Positions 37,421-47,645 of a stretch of 64,000 bases of DNA are shown piece by piece; within the stretch, counting starts at the first letter, position 1; each line of letters begins with the position of its first letter. The DNA lies in the NCBI GenBank assembly GCA_944386175.1, contig CALXAB010000004.1:900-64899 (forward strand), written 5' to 3'. Made by a program: the position numbers and the translations under genes. Below the pieces are notes generated by a model, which was not told where the DNA came from, searched no databases, and saw nothing but the letters and a program-made list of their open reading frames with translations. The stretch comes from an uncultured Clostridia bacterium. GTDB taxonomy: Bacteria; Bacillota; Clostridia; TANB77; CAG-508.

Positions 37421-38347
37421 ATGTGGAAAAGAAAAGAATTAAAAGCAAAAGCTAAGCAAGTAGTAAAAAAGAATTATTGGACAGCAATTTTAGTATGTTT
37501 TATAATAGCATTACTTACTGGAGAATTTGGAACATCAATAATAGGAATATGGCAAGGTGAAGATACAATAGATCCAAATTTCATTTCACATACTCAAAAA
37601 ATTATTGAAGAAAACATAGACTTGCCAAAAATAAATAGAATAGATCAAATATCAATAATAGCGGAAGAAAAATTTCAAAAAACATTGAACGATTTTCAAT
37701 TAAATATAATACAGGCACTAGATGCAAACTTAAATAGCATTACAAAACCACAAAAATTTATATTAAAAATTTTTGATGCAGTACAGTCATTTAGAATAGA
37801 TAAAAATAAATTAGCAGTAAGTTTAATTATAATGGCAATATTATCATATGCATTTACTATATTTATTGCAGATCCATTAATAGTAGGGGGAAGAAAATAC
37901 TTTTTAAAAGCACGAACTTCAAAAGAAACAAAAGTTACAATATTAAGTAATATATTTAAAAAAGGCAAATGGCTAAATATAACACAAATAATGTTTTTAA
38001 GAAATATATATAATGCTTTATGGTATTTAACAATAGTAGGTGGAGTCATAAAAACATATGAATACAGAATGATACCATATATAATAGCAGAAAATCCAAC
38101 TATACAAAGAAAAAAAGCTTTTAAATTATCAAAACAAATGATGAAAGGAAACAAGTGGAAAACTTTTGTATTAGATTTATCGTTTTTTGGATGGAACTTT
38201 TTATCAGTCCTAACATTTGGAATACTTAGTTTATTATATGTAAATCCATACAATTCAGCAACATTTGCAGAGCTATATATTACCTTAAAAAATAATGCAA
38301 TAAAAAATAAATATGAATATTATCAAGAATTAAAAGAGATAGAATAA
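37421..38347 (+). CDS. DUF975-family integral membrane protein
   Basis: N-terminus MWKRKELKAKAKQVVKKNYWTAILVCFI and multi-TM layout typical of DUF975 (from memory). Confidence 0.65.
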   Translation: MWKRKELKAKAKQVVKKNYWTAILVCFIIALLTGEFGTSIIGIWQGEDTIDPNFISHTQKIIEENIDLPKINRIDQISIIAEEKFQKTLNDFQLNIIQALDANLNSITKPQKFILKIFDAVQSFRIDKNKLAVSLIIMAILSYAFTIFIADPLIVGGRKYFLKARTSKETKVTILSNIFKKGKWLNITQIMFLRNIYNALWYLTIVGGVIKTYEYRMIPYIIAENPTIQRKKAFKLSKQMMKGNKWKTFVLDLSFFGWNFLSVLTFGILSLLYVNPYNSATFAELYITLKNNAIKNKYEYYQELKEIE

Positions 38348-38735
38348 TAATATTATTTTTTCATTTCAAAAAAAGAATAAAATGTAGATTAAAGAAAGAT
38401 TTTAGGAAAATATAAAAGGGAAAAAATATCATAAAAAATCATTATATAATATAAAAAGCAAATATATAGCAAAAAAAGTAAAAAAATAAAAAGTGTTGTA
38501 TAAAAATGTAATTTGAAACCAATATATTTTAATAGTATTATAAGAAAAGTGTAATAGAATTATTATAGCTTTTCTTTTTTTGTGGTATAGAAAAATCACT
38601 TTTTCCTATTCAAGAACATCGCTTAGCTCTAACAAATGCAATTATCATTCTGCAATACGAAAGATAAAGTAAAAAAGTAGATATAACTAAAATACTTTCT
38701 AAACAAGTGTCTACTTAAAAAGAAAGGGGTTAAAA

Positions 38736-39053
38736 ATGAACAGTTTTTATGGAGGAATTTTTATAGATAGAAAAAAATTAAAAGAAGAAGGAAAAGGTTA
38801 TCCAATAAAAATAGAATATTATAAAAAAATTAATGAAGATGAAATATTAAATAAACAGAAAGCAAAATATGGTATAAGTATAGTAAAAACAGAATATATA
38901 CCAAACAACACAAAAGTTGAACGTAAAGACATAAAATATTTGTCAAATGATGAGTTGAAAATAAATAATATATTAAAATTATTCAAAGAAAATGAAGTAA
39001 CGCCAATATCAGTAGAAGAGATAATAACAGACTTATCAAGAAAATTTTTCTGA
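38736..39053 (+). CDS. hypothetical protein (105 aa)
   Basis: AAAGGGG RBS; no motif recognised. Confidence 0.45.
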   Translation: MNSFYGGIFIDRKKLKEEGKGYPIKIEYYKKINEDEILNKQKAKYGISIVKTEYIPNNTKVERKDIKYLSNDELKINNILKLFKENEVTPISVEEIITDLSRKFF

Positions 39054-39200
39054 GTAAATAAAAAATAAAATTGTAAATCTAAAAATTTCAAATTGCAAAA
39101 ATTTACATTTCTTACAATAGTATATATTAAAAGTATATAAGAAGTTTAGAAAAATTAGATTTATTTTTTGTGAAAAATATGTTTTAATTTAGCAAAAAGC

Positions 39201-39229
39201 TTGCAAAATATACGATTTTACGCTAAAAT
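39201..39229 (+). promoter_or_regulatory. candidate sigma-A promoter for topA
   Basis: TTGCAA, 17-nt spacer, TAAAAT. Confidence 0.4.
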
Positions 39230-39284
39230 ACAATGAGAATTAATAAAAATAATTAAGTAGAAATAAATTTTAAGGAGGCCAATA

Positions 39285-41351
39285 ATGGCAGATAAATTAG
39301 TAATTGTAGAATCACCAGCTAAAGCAAATACGATAAAAAAATTTTTAGGTGGAAGTACAAAAGTTGTAGCGTCAATGGGACATATAAGAGATTTACCAAA
39401 ATCAAAACTAGGAATTGATGTTGAACACGACTTTGAACCAAATTATATAAATATAAGAGGAAAAGGAGACTTAATAAAAAGTCTAAAAAAAGAGGCAAAA
39501 CAAGCAAAAAAAGTATATATTGCAACTGACCCTGACCGTGAGGGAGAAGCAATAGCATGGCATTTAGCTAATATATTAGAAGATGAAAAAGAAAAGATAA
39601 CAAGAGTAACATTTAATGAAATAACAAAAAATGCAGTACAAAAAGCAATAAAAAAACCAAGAGATATAGATGTAAACTTAGTAGACGCACAACAAGCAAG
39701 AAGAGTACTAGACAGGATAGTAGGATATAAAATAAGTCCTGTACTTTGGAAAAAGGTAAAAAGAGGCTTATCAGCAGGAAGAGTTCAATCAGTTGCAGTA
39801 AAACTAATTGTAGACAGAGAAGAAGAAATAAATAAATTCATACCAGAAGAATATTGGAATATATATGCAAATTTACAAGATGAAGAATCAAAAAAGAAAT
39901 TTGAAGCTAGATTTTATGGTAAAAATGGAAAGAAACAAGAAATACATTCAGAACAAGAAGTAAAAGAAATATTAGAAAATATCAAAGGTAAAAAATACAT
40001 CATAAATGAAGTAAAAAAAGGAGAAAGAAAAAGAACACCAGCACCGCCATTTACAACAAGTACAATGCAACAAGAAGCCTCAAGAAAACTAGGATTTACT
40101 CTAAAAAAGACAATGTCAATTGCACAAGGACTATATGAAGGTGTAAAAATACCAGAAAGAGGAACAATAGGTTTAATAACATATATGAGAACAGACTCAA
40201 CGAGAATATCAGAAGAGGCAAGAGCGTCAGCAAAAGAGCAAATTATAAAAACATATGGTGAAAAATACTATGAAAATAGATATTATAGAACAAATAAAGA
40301 TTCACAAGATGCACATGAAGGTATAAGACCTACATATGCAGATATAGAACCAGAAACACTAAAAGATGTATTAACAAAAGACCAATATAAATTATATAAA
40401 TTAATATATAACAGATTTATGGCAAGTCAAATGGCTGGAGCTATATATGACACAATGGCTATAAATATTAAAGCAGGGGACTATGACTTTAAAGCAAATG
40501 GTCAATCTATCAAATTTAAAGGATTTATGACACTATATGTAGAAGGAACAGATGAAAAAGAACAAGAAGAAGGAATGTTACCAAACTTAGAAAAAGACCA
40601 AGAAGTAAAACTTATAAAATTAAATCCAAAGCAAAGTTTTACAGAACCACCACCAAGATATACAGAAGCAAGTTTAGTAAAAGCATTAGAAGAAAAAGGA
40701 ATAGGAAGACCAAGTACATATTCTCCAATAATAACAACAATTTTAGATAGAAGATATATAGAAAAAGAACAAAAACAATTAATTCCAACAGAACTAGGAA
40801 AAGTAGTAAATAAATTGCTAACAGAAAACTTTACAGATGTAATAAATGTAAAATTTACAGCTGATATAGAAAATGAATTTGACGAAATTGCAGAAGGAAA
40901 AGAAGAATGGAAAAAAATGATTAGAGAATTTTATGGACCATTCGAAAAAGAAATTGATAAAGTAGAAAAAGAATTAGAACATGTAAAATTAGAAGATGAA
41001 GTATCAGATGTTCAATGCGAAAAATGCGGAAGAATGATGGTATATAAATACGGAAAATTTGGAAAATTTTTAGCATGTCCAGGATATCCAGAATGCAAAA
41101 ATACAAAACCTATTGTAGAAACAATAGATGTACCTTGCCCAAAATGTGGGGGAATAGTACAAGTAAGAAAAACAAAAAGAAGAAAAAATTATTATATATG
41201 TGAAAATAATCCTAAAAGCTGTGATTATATATCATGGAACAAGCCAAAAAAAGGAGAAAAATGGAATTCAGAAGAAAATGCAGATTTAAATAAAAAAGTC
41301 GAAAAAAAGACAAAAAAGACCACAACATCTAAAAAGAAGGCAAAAAAGTAA
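39285..41351 (+). CDS. topA: DNA topoisomerase I
   Basis: KLVIVESPAKA, TOPRIM DPDREGEAIAWH, active-site region ITYMRTDS, C-terminal CxxC zinc ribbons, Lys-rich tail. Confidence 0.95.
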   Translation: MADKLVIVESPAKANTIKKFLGGSTKVVASMGHIRDLPKSKLGIDVEHDFEPNYINIRGKGDLIKSLKKEAKQAKKVYIATDPDREGEAIAWHLANILEDEKEKITRVTFNEITKNAVQKAIKKPRDIDVNLVDAQQARRVLDRIVGYKISPVLWKKVKRGLSAGRVQSVAVKLIVDREEEINKFIPEEYWNIYANLQDEESKKKFEARFYGKNGKKQEIHSEQEVKEILENIKGKKYIINEVKKGERKRTPAPPFTTSTMQQEASRKLGFTLKKTMSIAQGLYEGVKIPERGTIGLITYMRTDSTRISEEARASAKEQIIKTYGEKYYENRYYRTNKDSQDAHEGIRPTYADIEPETLKDVLTKDQYKLYKLIYNRFMASQMAGAIYDTMAINIKAGDYDFKANGQSIKFKGFMTLYVEGTDEKEQEEGMLPNLEKDQEVKLIKLNPKQSFTEPPPRYTEASLVKALEEKGIGRPSTYSPIITTILDRRYIEKEQKQLIPTELGKVVNKLLTENFTDVINVKFTADIENEFDEIAEGKEEWKKMIREFYGPFEKEIDKVEKELEHVKLEDEVSDVQCEKCGRMMVYKYGKFGKFLACPGYPECKNTKPIVETIDVPCPKCGGIVQVRKTKRRKNYYICENNPKSCDYISWNKPKKGEKWNSEENADLNKKVEKKTKKTTTSKKKAKK

Positions 41352-41469
41352 AAAGATATAAAAGAACGACAAAAATCAGAATACAAAAAACATAAAAGAG
41401 CCATAAAAAGGAAAAACAAAGACCGTAAAAATAAGGGAACAGAGGTTTAAGGAGAAAAAGTGATAAGAA

Positions 41470-42927
41470 ATGAAAAAATATAAATTAGAAATAACCGTAT
41501 TTTTATGTGGTGCACTTACAATGATGTTAGAATTAGTTGCAGCAAGAGTATTAGCACCTTATGTAGGAAGTTCAAACCTGATATGGACAACAATTATAGG
41601 AATAATGTTAATAGGAATGAGTCTAGGATATTGGATTGGAGGAAAATTAGCAGACAAAAATCCAAATATAAATACAGTATCAGAATTTTTATTCATTGCA
41701 TGTATAACAACTAGTATAATACCAATATCAGAAGTAATAATAATAGACAATTTAGTAAAAATATGTAATGAGCTAATAATTGTGGCAATAATATCAGCAA
41801 CACTAATATTTGGAATACCAAGTTTTATGTTAGCAGCAATATCCCCAATGGCAGTAAAAATAAAGAATGAAGAAGAAAAAGCAGTAGGAAAGATATCAGG
41901 AAAAATATCATCATTATCAACAATAGGAAGTATAATAGGAACATTTGTAGCAGGATTTATACTAATACCTAATATGGGAGTTAAAAACATAATACTAATA
42001 AGCTCAATATTACTATGGATATTGGGGGGATGCTTATATAACAATAAAAATAAAAAAACAGTATCAATCATGATAGCAATATTGATAGTGATAATAGGAA
42101 TTAATATATATAGCTATAAATTATTTCAAGATAAAAACCCAGATATAGTAAAAGATATTGATTCAGAATATAGTAGAATATGGGTAAAAGAAATAGAAAA
42201 TCAAGATAACAATTATAAAACATTACAAGTTGACACAGGACTTGAATCATATATAAATCAAAATACTGGAGAAATGGGAGCAGAATACTTAAAGTATTTT
42301 GATTTATTTGATTATTATAATAAAGATGCAAATAGTGTGTTAATGATTGGAGGAGCAGCATATACATATCCTATACACTATTTAGATAAATACCAAAACA
42401 AAACCATAGATGTAGTAGAAATAGACGATAAGATGACAGAAATTGCCCAAGAAGAATTTGGATTAGATACTAGTAATCCAAACTTAAAGATACACCACCA
42501 AGATGGAAGAAGTTTTTTAAATTATAATAATACAAAATATGATGCAATATTAATAGATGCATTTAAAGGACTTAATGCACCATTTGAATTAACAACATAT
42601 GAAGCAATGCAAAAAGTAAGGAATAATTTAAGAGATAATGGAATAGTAATTACTAATATCATTTCAGCTTTAGAAGGCGAAGAAGATGACTTTATAAAAT
42701 ATGAATATAGCACATATAAAGCAGTATTTGATGATGTTAAGCTTTTTAAAGTAAAAGATATTGATAATAACCAAAAACAAAATATAATATTATTAGGAAT
42801 AAAAGGAAAAACAAATATAGATGATAATAAAAATAGCGAGTATGAAGAATTGTTACAAAGAGAAATAACAGAATTTGAAAGTAATAAACAAGTCATTACA
42901 GACAATTATGCACCTATAGGAGATTAA
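41470..42927 (+). CDS. fused multi-TM / spermidine synthase-like protein
   Basis: About 7 N-terminal TM helices; C-terminal VLMIGGAAYTYP..VVEIDDKMTEIA..YDAILIDAF (SAM/aminopropyltransferase fold). Confidence 0.7.
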   Translation: MKKYKLEITVFLCGALTMMLELVAARVLAPYVGSSNLIWTTIIGIMLIGMSLGYWIGGKLADKNPNINTVSEFLFIACITTSIIPISEVIIIDNLVKICNELIIVAIISATLIFGIPSFMLAAISPMAVKIKNEEEKAVGKISGKISSLSTIGSIIGTFVAGFILIPNMGVKNIILISSILLWILGGCLYNNKNKKTVSIMIAILIVIIGINIYSYKLFQDKNPDIVKDIDSEYSRIWVKEIENQDNNYKTLQVDTGLESYINQNTGEMGAEYLKYFDLFDYYNKDANSVLMIGGAAYTYPIHYLDKYQNKTIDVVEIDDKMTEIAQEEFGLDTSNPNLKIHHQDGRSFLNYNNTKYDAILIDAFKGLNAPFELTTYEAMQKVRNNLRDNGIVITNIISALEGEEDDFIKYEYSTYKAVFDDVKLFKVKDIDNNQKQNIILLGIKGKTNIDDNKNSEYEELLQREITEFESNKQVITDNYAPIGD

Positions 42928-42945
42928 AAATTAGTAATTCAAATA

Positions 42946-42974
42946 TTGACAATAACGAAAAAATTTGTTATTAT
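42946..42974 (+). promoter_or_regulatory. strong sigma-A promoter for the tRNA pair
   Basis: TTGACA, 17-nt spacer (ending TGT), TATTAT. Confidence 0.5.
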
Positions 42975-43011
42975 ATAAAATGCATTTAGGAAAGATATTA
43001 AATGCATAAAT

Positions 43012-43087
43012 GCGGGAATAGCTCAGTTGATAGAGCGCTGCCTTGCCAAGGCAGAGGTCGCGGGTTTGAGCCCCGTTTCCCGCTCCA
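43012..43087 (+). tRNA. tRNA-Gly (GCC)
   Basis: GCGGGAA/TTCCCGC acceptor stem, anticodon loop TTGCCAA, T-arm GCGGGTTTGAGCCCCGT, CCA end. Confidence 0.95.
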
Positions 43088-43133
43088 TAAAAAAATAGTA
43101 ATATTTTTTACAAATAAACATATTATTAAATAT

Positions 43134-43208
43134 GGCGACATAGCCAAGTGGCTAAGGCACGAGTCTGCAAAACTCTGATCCCCGGTTCGAATCCGGGTGT
43201 CGCCTCCA
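43134..43208 (+). tRNA. tRNA-Cys (GCA)
   Basis: GGCGACA/TGTCGCC acceptor stem, anticodon loop CTGCAAA, T-arm CCGGTTCGAATCCGG, CCA end. Confidence 0.95.
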
Positions 43209-43212
43209 ACGA

Positions 43213-43256
43213 AAAAACGAGAAAATATTGATATCCCAATATTTTCTCGTTTTTTG
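43213..43256 (+). terminator. rho-independent terminator of the tRNA operon
   Basis: AAAAACGAGAAAATATTG..CAATATTTTCTCGTTTTT. Confidence 0.8.
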
Positions 43257-43482
43257 TCTACTTTTTATCTCAAAATAAGAATGCAGTATTTTCAAGAAAA
43301 ATATTATAGTAGCATATGAATATGATATGTACTTGTTTTTTTTAGAAAGGATTATTTTGTGAATTATGTTATGTTCGCTTGAAATATGAAGAAAATTGTT
43401 GTATAGTATTGATTGTAGAAAATGAGATAAAAGCAGATGTAGGTGTTACCTCTAAACCTCAACTTTTGTTGAGAGCAAAGAG

Positions 43483-43596
43483 GTGATAGTTTATGGCTAT
43501 TTTGTACTATTTTTAATATATGAATTTATGATTTCAATTACTATAAACATTGCCTTATTATTTGTCATATATATAATGTGGACTAATAAGCAATAA
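43483..43596 (+). CDS. 37-aa very hydrophobic peptide, candidate type I toxin (GTG start, uncertain)
   Basis: VIVYGYFVLFLIYEFMISITINIALLFVIYIMWTNKQ. Upstream promoter TTGAAA-17-TATAGT (43379-43407). A 5' hairpin ACCTCT..AGAGGT covers the SD-like region. A 3' hairpin ACACCAC..GTGGTGT follows. Confidence 0.3.
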   Translation: MIVYGYFVLFLIYEFMISITINIALLFVIYIMWTNKQ

Positions 43597-43783
43597 AAAA
43601 TACACCACATACGCTTTCACAGAACTAGTGGTGTAATTCAATTATATTGGGTAACACACATTATTTGTGTTCTCAGTTTCTATTTATATTATACACAGAT
43701 TTTTATAAAATGCCAAATAAAAAATAAATAAAAATAGTATGCACAGAACAAGAAGAAAAATATAAATAAGGAGGAAAAATAGG

Positions 43784-44272
43784 ATGGATTTAACCTTAGA
43801 TATTGAAGAACATAGACTAAATATAAGAGCAGGAGCAGTAATTATTCACAACAATAAAATTTTAGTACATAGAAATATAAATAAAGATCATTGTTGCCTT
43901 CCAGGAGGAAGAGTAGGAATTGGAGAAACATCAGAAGAAACAATTAAAAGAGAAATAAAAGAAGAATTAGGAAAAGATATAAAAATAATTAAATATATTA
44001 CGACAATAGAGAATTTTTTTAAAATGGACAATAAAAAATACCATGAAATATATTTCTTATATAAAATAGAATTCATGGATGAAAAGGATCAAAAAATAGA
44101 ATATAAAATGCATAATGCAGAAGGAAAAGATTATTTACAATATGAATGGATAGACTTAAAGCAAATAGATAACTTCAATCTATTGCCAATATGTTTAAAA
44201 AATATTTTAAAAGTGCAAGAAGTCCCACCACATATAATAAATGAAGACATAATAAATAATAAAAATAAATAA
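43784..44272 (+). CDS. NUDIX hydrolase
   Basis: AAGGAGG RBS; Nudix box PGGRVGIGETSEETIKREIKEELG. Confidence 0.75.
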   Translation: MDLTLDIEEHRLNIRAGAVIIHNNKILVHRNINKDHCCLPGGRVGIGETSEETIKREIKEELGKDIKIIKYITTIENFFKMDNKKYHEIYFLYKIEFMDEKDQKIEYKMHNAEGKDYLQYEWIDLKQIDNFNLLPICLKNILKVQEVPPHIINEDIINNKNK

Positions 44273-44596
44273 TAAGAATAAATAATAAGAATAAATAATA
44301 ATATAAAAAATTATATACACAAAACTAAAAAGGAAAATAATATTATGGGAATTCAAAAAACAAATTGATATAAAATATGCACCTTACATATACTTATTAC
44401 AATTAATTAGTAGTACATATGGATATAAAGAATATAATAATGATTTTAGTCAAATAGAGCTTATAGAATTTGCATTTTTTAGAACAAAGACATGTAAAAG
44501 GTTATACGAAAATGCAGAAGAAATCAGTTCAAAACTTATAAAAAATATACAAATAAAAAACTGATAAAAAGCTAAAACAAATAAGGAGAATTATTT

Positions 44597-45265
44597 ATGA
44601 TTAAGTCAAAAGGCTGGAATTGGAATCTAGTAAAAGAAGAAAAAAATTCTATTTGGAAAAATCCAAGTATAGAATCTTATTATTTATTAAACAGATGGAA
44701 AAGTCAAGGAAAAACAGAATTTTTAGATTTAGGATGTGGCTTAGGTAGACATTCAATTTTATTTGCAAAAAATAGTTTTAATGTTTATTGTTTTGATATA
44801 AGTAAAGAAGCAATTGATAGAACAAGAAGATGGGCGGAGGATGAAAATTTAAAATTAAAATATAATATAGGAGATATGTTAAGTCTACCATATAGTGATG
44901 AAAGCATAGAAGCAATATTTTGCAGAAATGTAATATCACATACAGATACAGAAGGAATTAAAAAAATAATTAAAGAAATAAAAAGAGTATTAAAAAAAGA
45001 TGGGGAATGCTATTTAACTTTGGGTTCTAAATCTACATGGGGATATATTAAAACAAATTGGCCAATGATAGATGAAAATACAAAACTAAAAATGGAGGAA
45101 GGACCAGAATATAAAATGCCACATTTTTATGCAGATTATGAGTTAATAAAAAAATTATTTCAAAAATTTAAGATTGAATTCATTAAACATATTCAAGAAT
45201 TTTACGAAAAAGAGGAAAAAATTTATTCTTCATATCATTATCACATATTAATTAAAAAAATATAA
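44597..45265 (+). CDS. class I SAM-dependent methyltransferase
   Basis: AAGGAG RBS; FLDLGCGLGRHS, CFDIS. Confidence 0.75.
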   Translation: MIKSKGWNWNLVKEEKNSIWKNPSIESYYLLNRWKSQGKTEFLDLGCGLGRHSILFAKNSFNVYCFDISKEAIDRTRRWAEDENLKLKYNIGDMLSLPYSDESIEAIFCRNVISHTDTEGIKKIIKEIKRVLKKDGECYLTLGSKSTWGYIKTNWPMIDENTKLKMEEGPEYKMPHFYADYELIKKLFQKFKIEFIKHIQEFYEKEEKIYSSYHYHILIKKI

Positions 45266-45282
45266 AAATAGGAATTGAAAAT

Positions 45283-45372
45283 ATGGAATTAGTAGATATA
45301 GTAGATGAGAATAATAAATTAACAGGACGAGTTGAAGAAAGATGGATAGCATATAAAAAGGGATTAATGTAG
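45283..45372 (+). pseudogene. 29-codon 5' remnant of a NUDIX gene (copy A of a dispersed ~85-bp repeat)
   Basis: MELVDIVDENNKLTGRVEERWIAYKKGLM*; about 88 percent identical by eye to 48208-48290; stops before any Nudix box. Confidence 0.5.
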
Positions 45373-45421
45373 AATAATTAAAAATGTAATATAACAGTAA
45401 GTATTAAATTATAAGGAGATT

Positions 45422-46466
45422 ATGATGAATGAAATCAATATTTTAAAAGATTTAGTAAGTTTTAATACCATAAAAGATAAAGAAAATAAAAAATTTTTAA
45501 ATTATGTTGAACAATTTTTATCTAAATTAGGATTTAAAACATTAAAAAAAGAAAAATACTTAATAATGAGTATTGGAAAAAATCCTAAATTAGCTTTTTT
45601 AGGACATAGCGATACGGTTGATTTTACAAATGGTTGGGATACTAACCCTTTTGAATTAACCAAAAAGAATGAAAAATTATATGGACTAGGTTCATGTGAT
45701 ATGAAAGGATCAATTGCAGCATTTTTACAAGCACTTAGTGAAATTGATCTACAATCTTTAAACAATGGAATAAAAGTATATATAACCTATGATGAAGAAA
45801 TAGGTTTTAGAGGTATAACAGAAATATTGGAAACTAATGAGTTTTTTCCAGAATATGCTATAATAGGAGAGCCAACAGATAATAAAATAATAACTGGTTG
45901 TAAAGGGCTATTTGCTATTAAAGTTTATACTTATGGAGATAAAGTTCATTCGAGTAGACCAGATAAAGGAAAAAATGCTAATTCTATCATGATAAAATTA
46001 TTAAATGAGTTAGAAAATTTTTATGAATCTATTATAAAAAAACAAACAAATTACAAATTTGAAGTCCCATATACCACAATGAATATTGGTTTAATAAATG
46101 GCGGAAATTCAATAAATTCCTTATCAGATAAATGTGAGACATATATAGATTTTAGAATAATGAAAGATGAACATATAGCAATTATCAAAGAAAAACTACA
46201 AAATTTGTGTAAAAAATATGATGCAACATTTAAAGTAGACTTTGAGATTTTACCATTTTTTAATCATATAGACTTTATTAGCAAACAAGAAACAGCTGGA
46301 TTTATGACAGAGGCCAGTTTTATAAAAACAAAAAGAATTATTTTAGGACCTCGGACCAGTTGTAGCTCATGAAGTTAATGAGTATATAACAATTAGTTCT
46401 TTTAAGAAAACAATCGAACAATATAAAGAATTTATTTTTAAAATTTGTAATTCTAAAGATTATTGA
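45422..46466 (+). pseudogene. M20-family peptidase / ArgE-DapE-like deacylase, broken by a 1-nt insertion at 46352
   Basis: GHSDTVD, GLGSCDMKGS. The ORF ends ..ILGPRTSCSS*, but the next frame continues GPVVAHEVNEYITISSFKKTIEQYKEF..*. The sequence reads GGA CCT C GGA CCA. Confidence 0.75.
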
Positions 46467-46634
46467 TATGGAAAAGTATGTTCCGTAGAGGGAATATTTG
46501 AAGATACTAGAAAGATCTTGGCAAATAAAAATGGAAGTTCTGTCATTATTAAAAATATACAAATAAAAAAATCATAAAAACCAAAGTAAAACATATAGTA
46601 ATAATAAATAATATATAGAATTAGAGCATATAAA

Positions 46635-46850
46635 ATGCTCAACTGGAGGTTTTTATTGGTAGTAATAAGCAAAAAAAGAATTCAAGTAATAATAATGGTA
46701 ATAATGATAGGAATTCTAACATTTACCATACAAGTAGGAGGAAGTCTAAACAAAACAAAAGTAGTAAATTCCAATATAGATAATGAAAAGATAATAGTTT
46801 TAGATGCAGGACATGGAACGCCAGATGGAGGGGCTAGCTTACTGCATTAA
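46635..46850 (+). pseudogene. cwlD: cwlD 5' segment (codons up to GHGTPD; likely start TTG 46656 after GGAGG), interrupted by an inserted element
   Basis: Signal/TM segment then IIVLDAGHGTPDGGA, matching the CwlD-type amidase_3 N-terminal motif. It then diverges (SLLH*). Confidence 0.8.
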
Positions 46851-46956
46851 TAAAAACCATTATCCAGTAACTAAAAAATTGATAAAAGTTTAAAAAATCA
46901 ACAAAATTTAGTAAAAGTATGGTGTAATATTAATATAAGTCCAAAAAAGGAGATGG

Positions 46957-47211
46957 ATGATTATGACAATGAAACAAAAAGAATTATATAATGTAATTGA
47001 AAGTTTACCAGAAGAATTATCAAATAAAGTTGTAGATTATATAGAATATCTTAAATTTTCTTATATGACAAAAGCTCCAGATGATTTAATTATAAAAGAT
47101 GATAAAGATCTATTGGAAAAATTAAAAAAAGGTATGGAAGATACTGATAATGGAAAAGTATGTTCTGTTGAAGAAGCATATGAAGAAGTTAAGGGAATTT
47201 TAGCAAATTAA
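46957..47211 (+). CDS. type II antitoxin-like protein (DUF2281/RelB-like), in the element
   Basis: AAGGAG RBS; small acidic protein directly upstream of a ParE/RelE-like frame; which of the ATGs at 46957, 46963 or 46969 is the start is unclear. Confidence 0.5.
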   Translation: MIMTMKQKELYNVIESLPEELSNKVVDYIEYLKFSYMTKAPDDLIIKDDKDLLEKLKKGMEDTDNGKVCSVEEAYEEVKGILAN

Positions 47212-47223
47212 AATGTGGAGGTT

Positions 47224-47583
47224 TTGACATTAGAAGAATATAAGGTATAATTATCTATTCAAGCAAAAGAGGATTATAAAAGTATTATTAGTTATATAAA
47301 ATACAAATTATTAGAGTCTAATATTGCAGAAAGATATGCTGAACTAATAAAGAATAAAATTAATACTTTGAAATATAATTCGCAAAAATTTGCTATTATT
47401 GATTATGATATGATAAAAAAATATAAATTTAGAAAACTAACTATTAAAAATTATATTGCTTTTTATAGAATTAATGAAGATGAAAAAATAGTAAATGTAG
47501 AAAGAATCTTGTATGATGCAACTGACTGGAAAATAGGTTATAAATTAAATAATTGCAGATGTAAAAGTTTGCAATTTTTTTAA
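47224..47583 (+). pseudogene. RelE/ParE-family toxin with an in-frame TAA at codon 9 (47248-47250)
   Basis: LTLEEYKV*LSIQAKEDYKSIISYIKYKL..FRKLTIKNYIAFYRINEDEKIVNVERILYDATD fits the ParE/RelE pattern. Confidence 0.55.
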
Positions 47584-47645
47584 TTTTTGTTGAAAGAATA
47601 TAACTAAGATGGTAAAATGAAGTAAATATGTTAAGGAGAAAAATT

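Noticed and set aside
37696-38253. 185-aa minus-strand ORF opposite the DUF975 gene
   Set aside because: It is antisense to a plus-strand membrane protein gene that has a proper start context. It has no independent support.
44273-44315. Short tandem repeat AATAAGAATAAAT x2.5 after the NUDIX stop
   Set aside because: It is a low-complexity AT-rich duplication of 13 bp, too short and too few copies to be a CRISPR array or a meaningful satellite.
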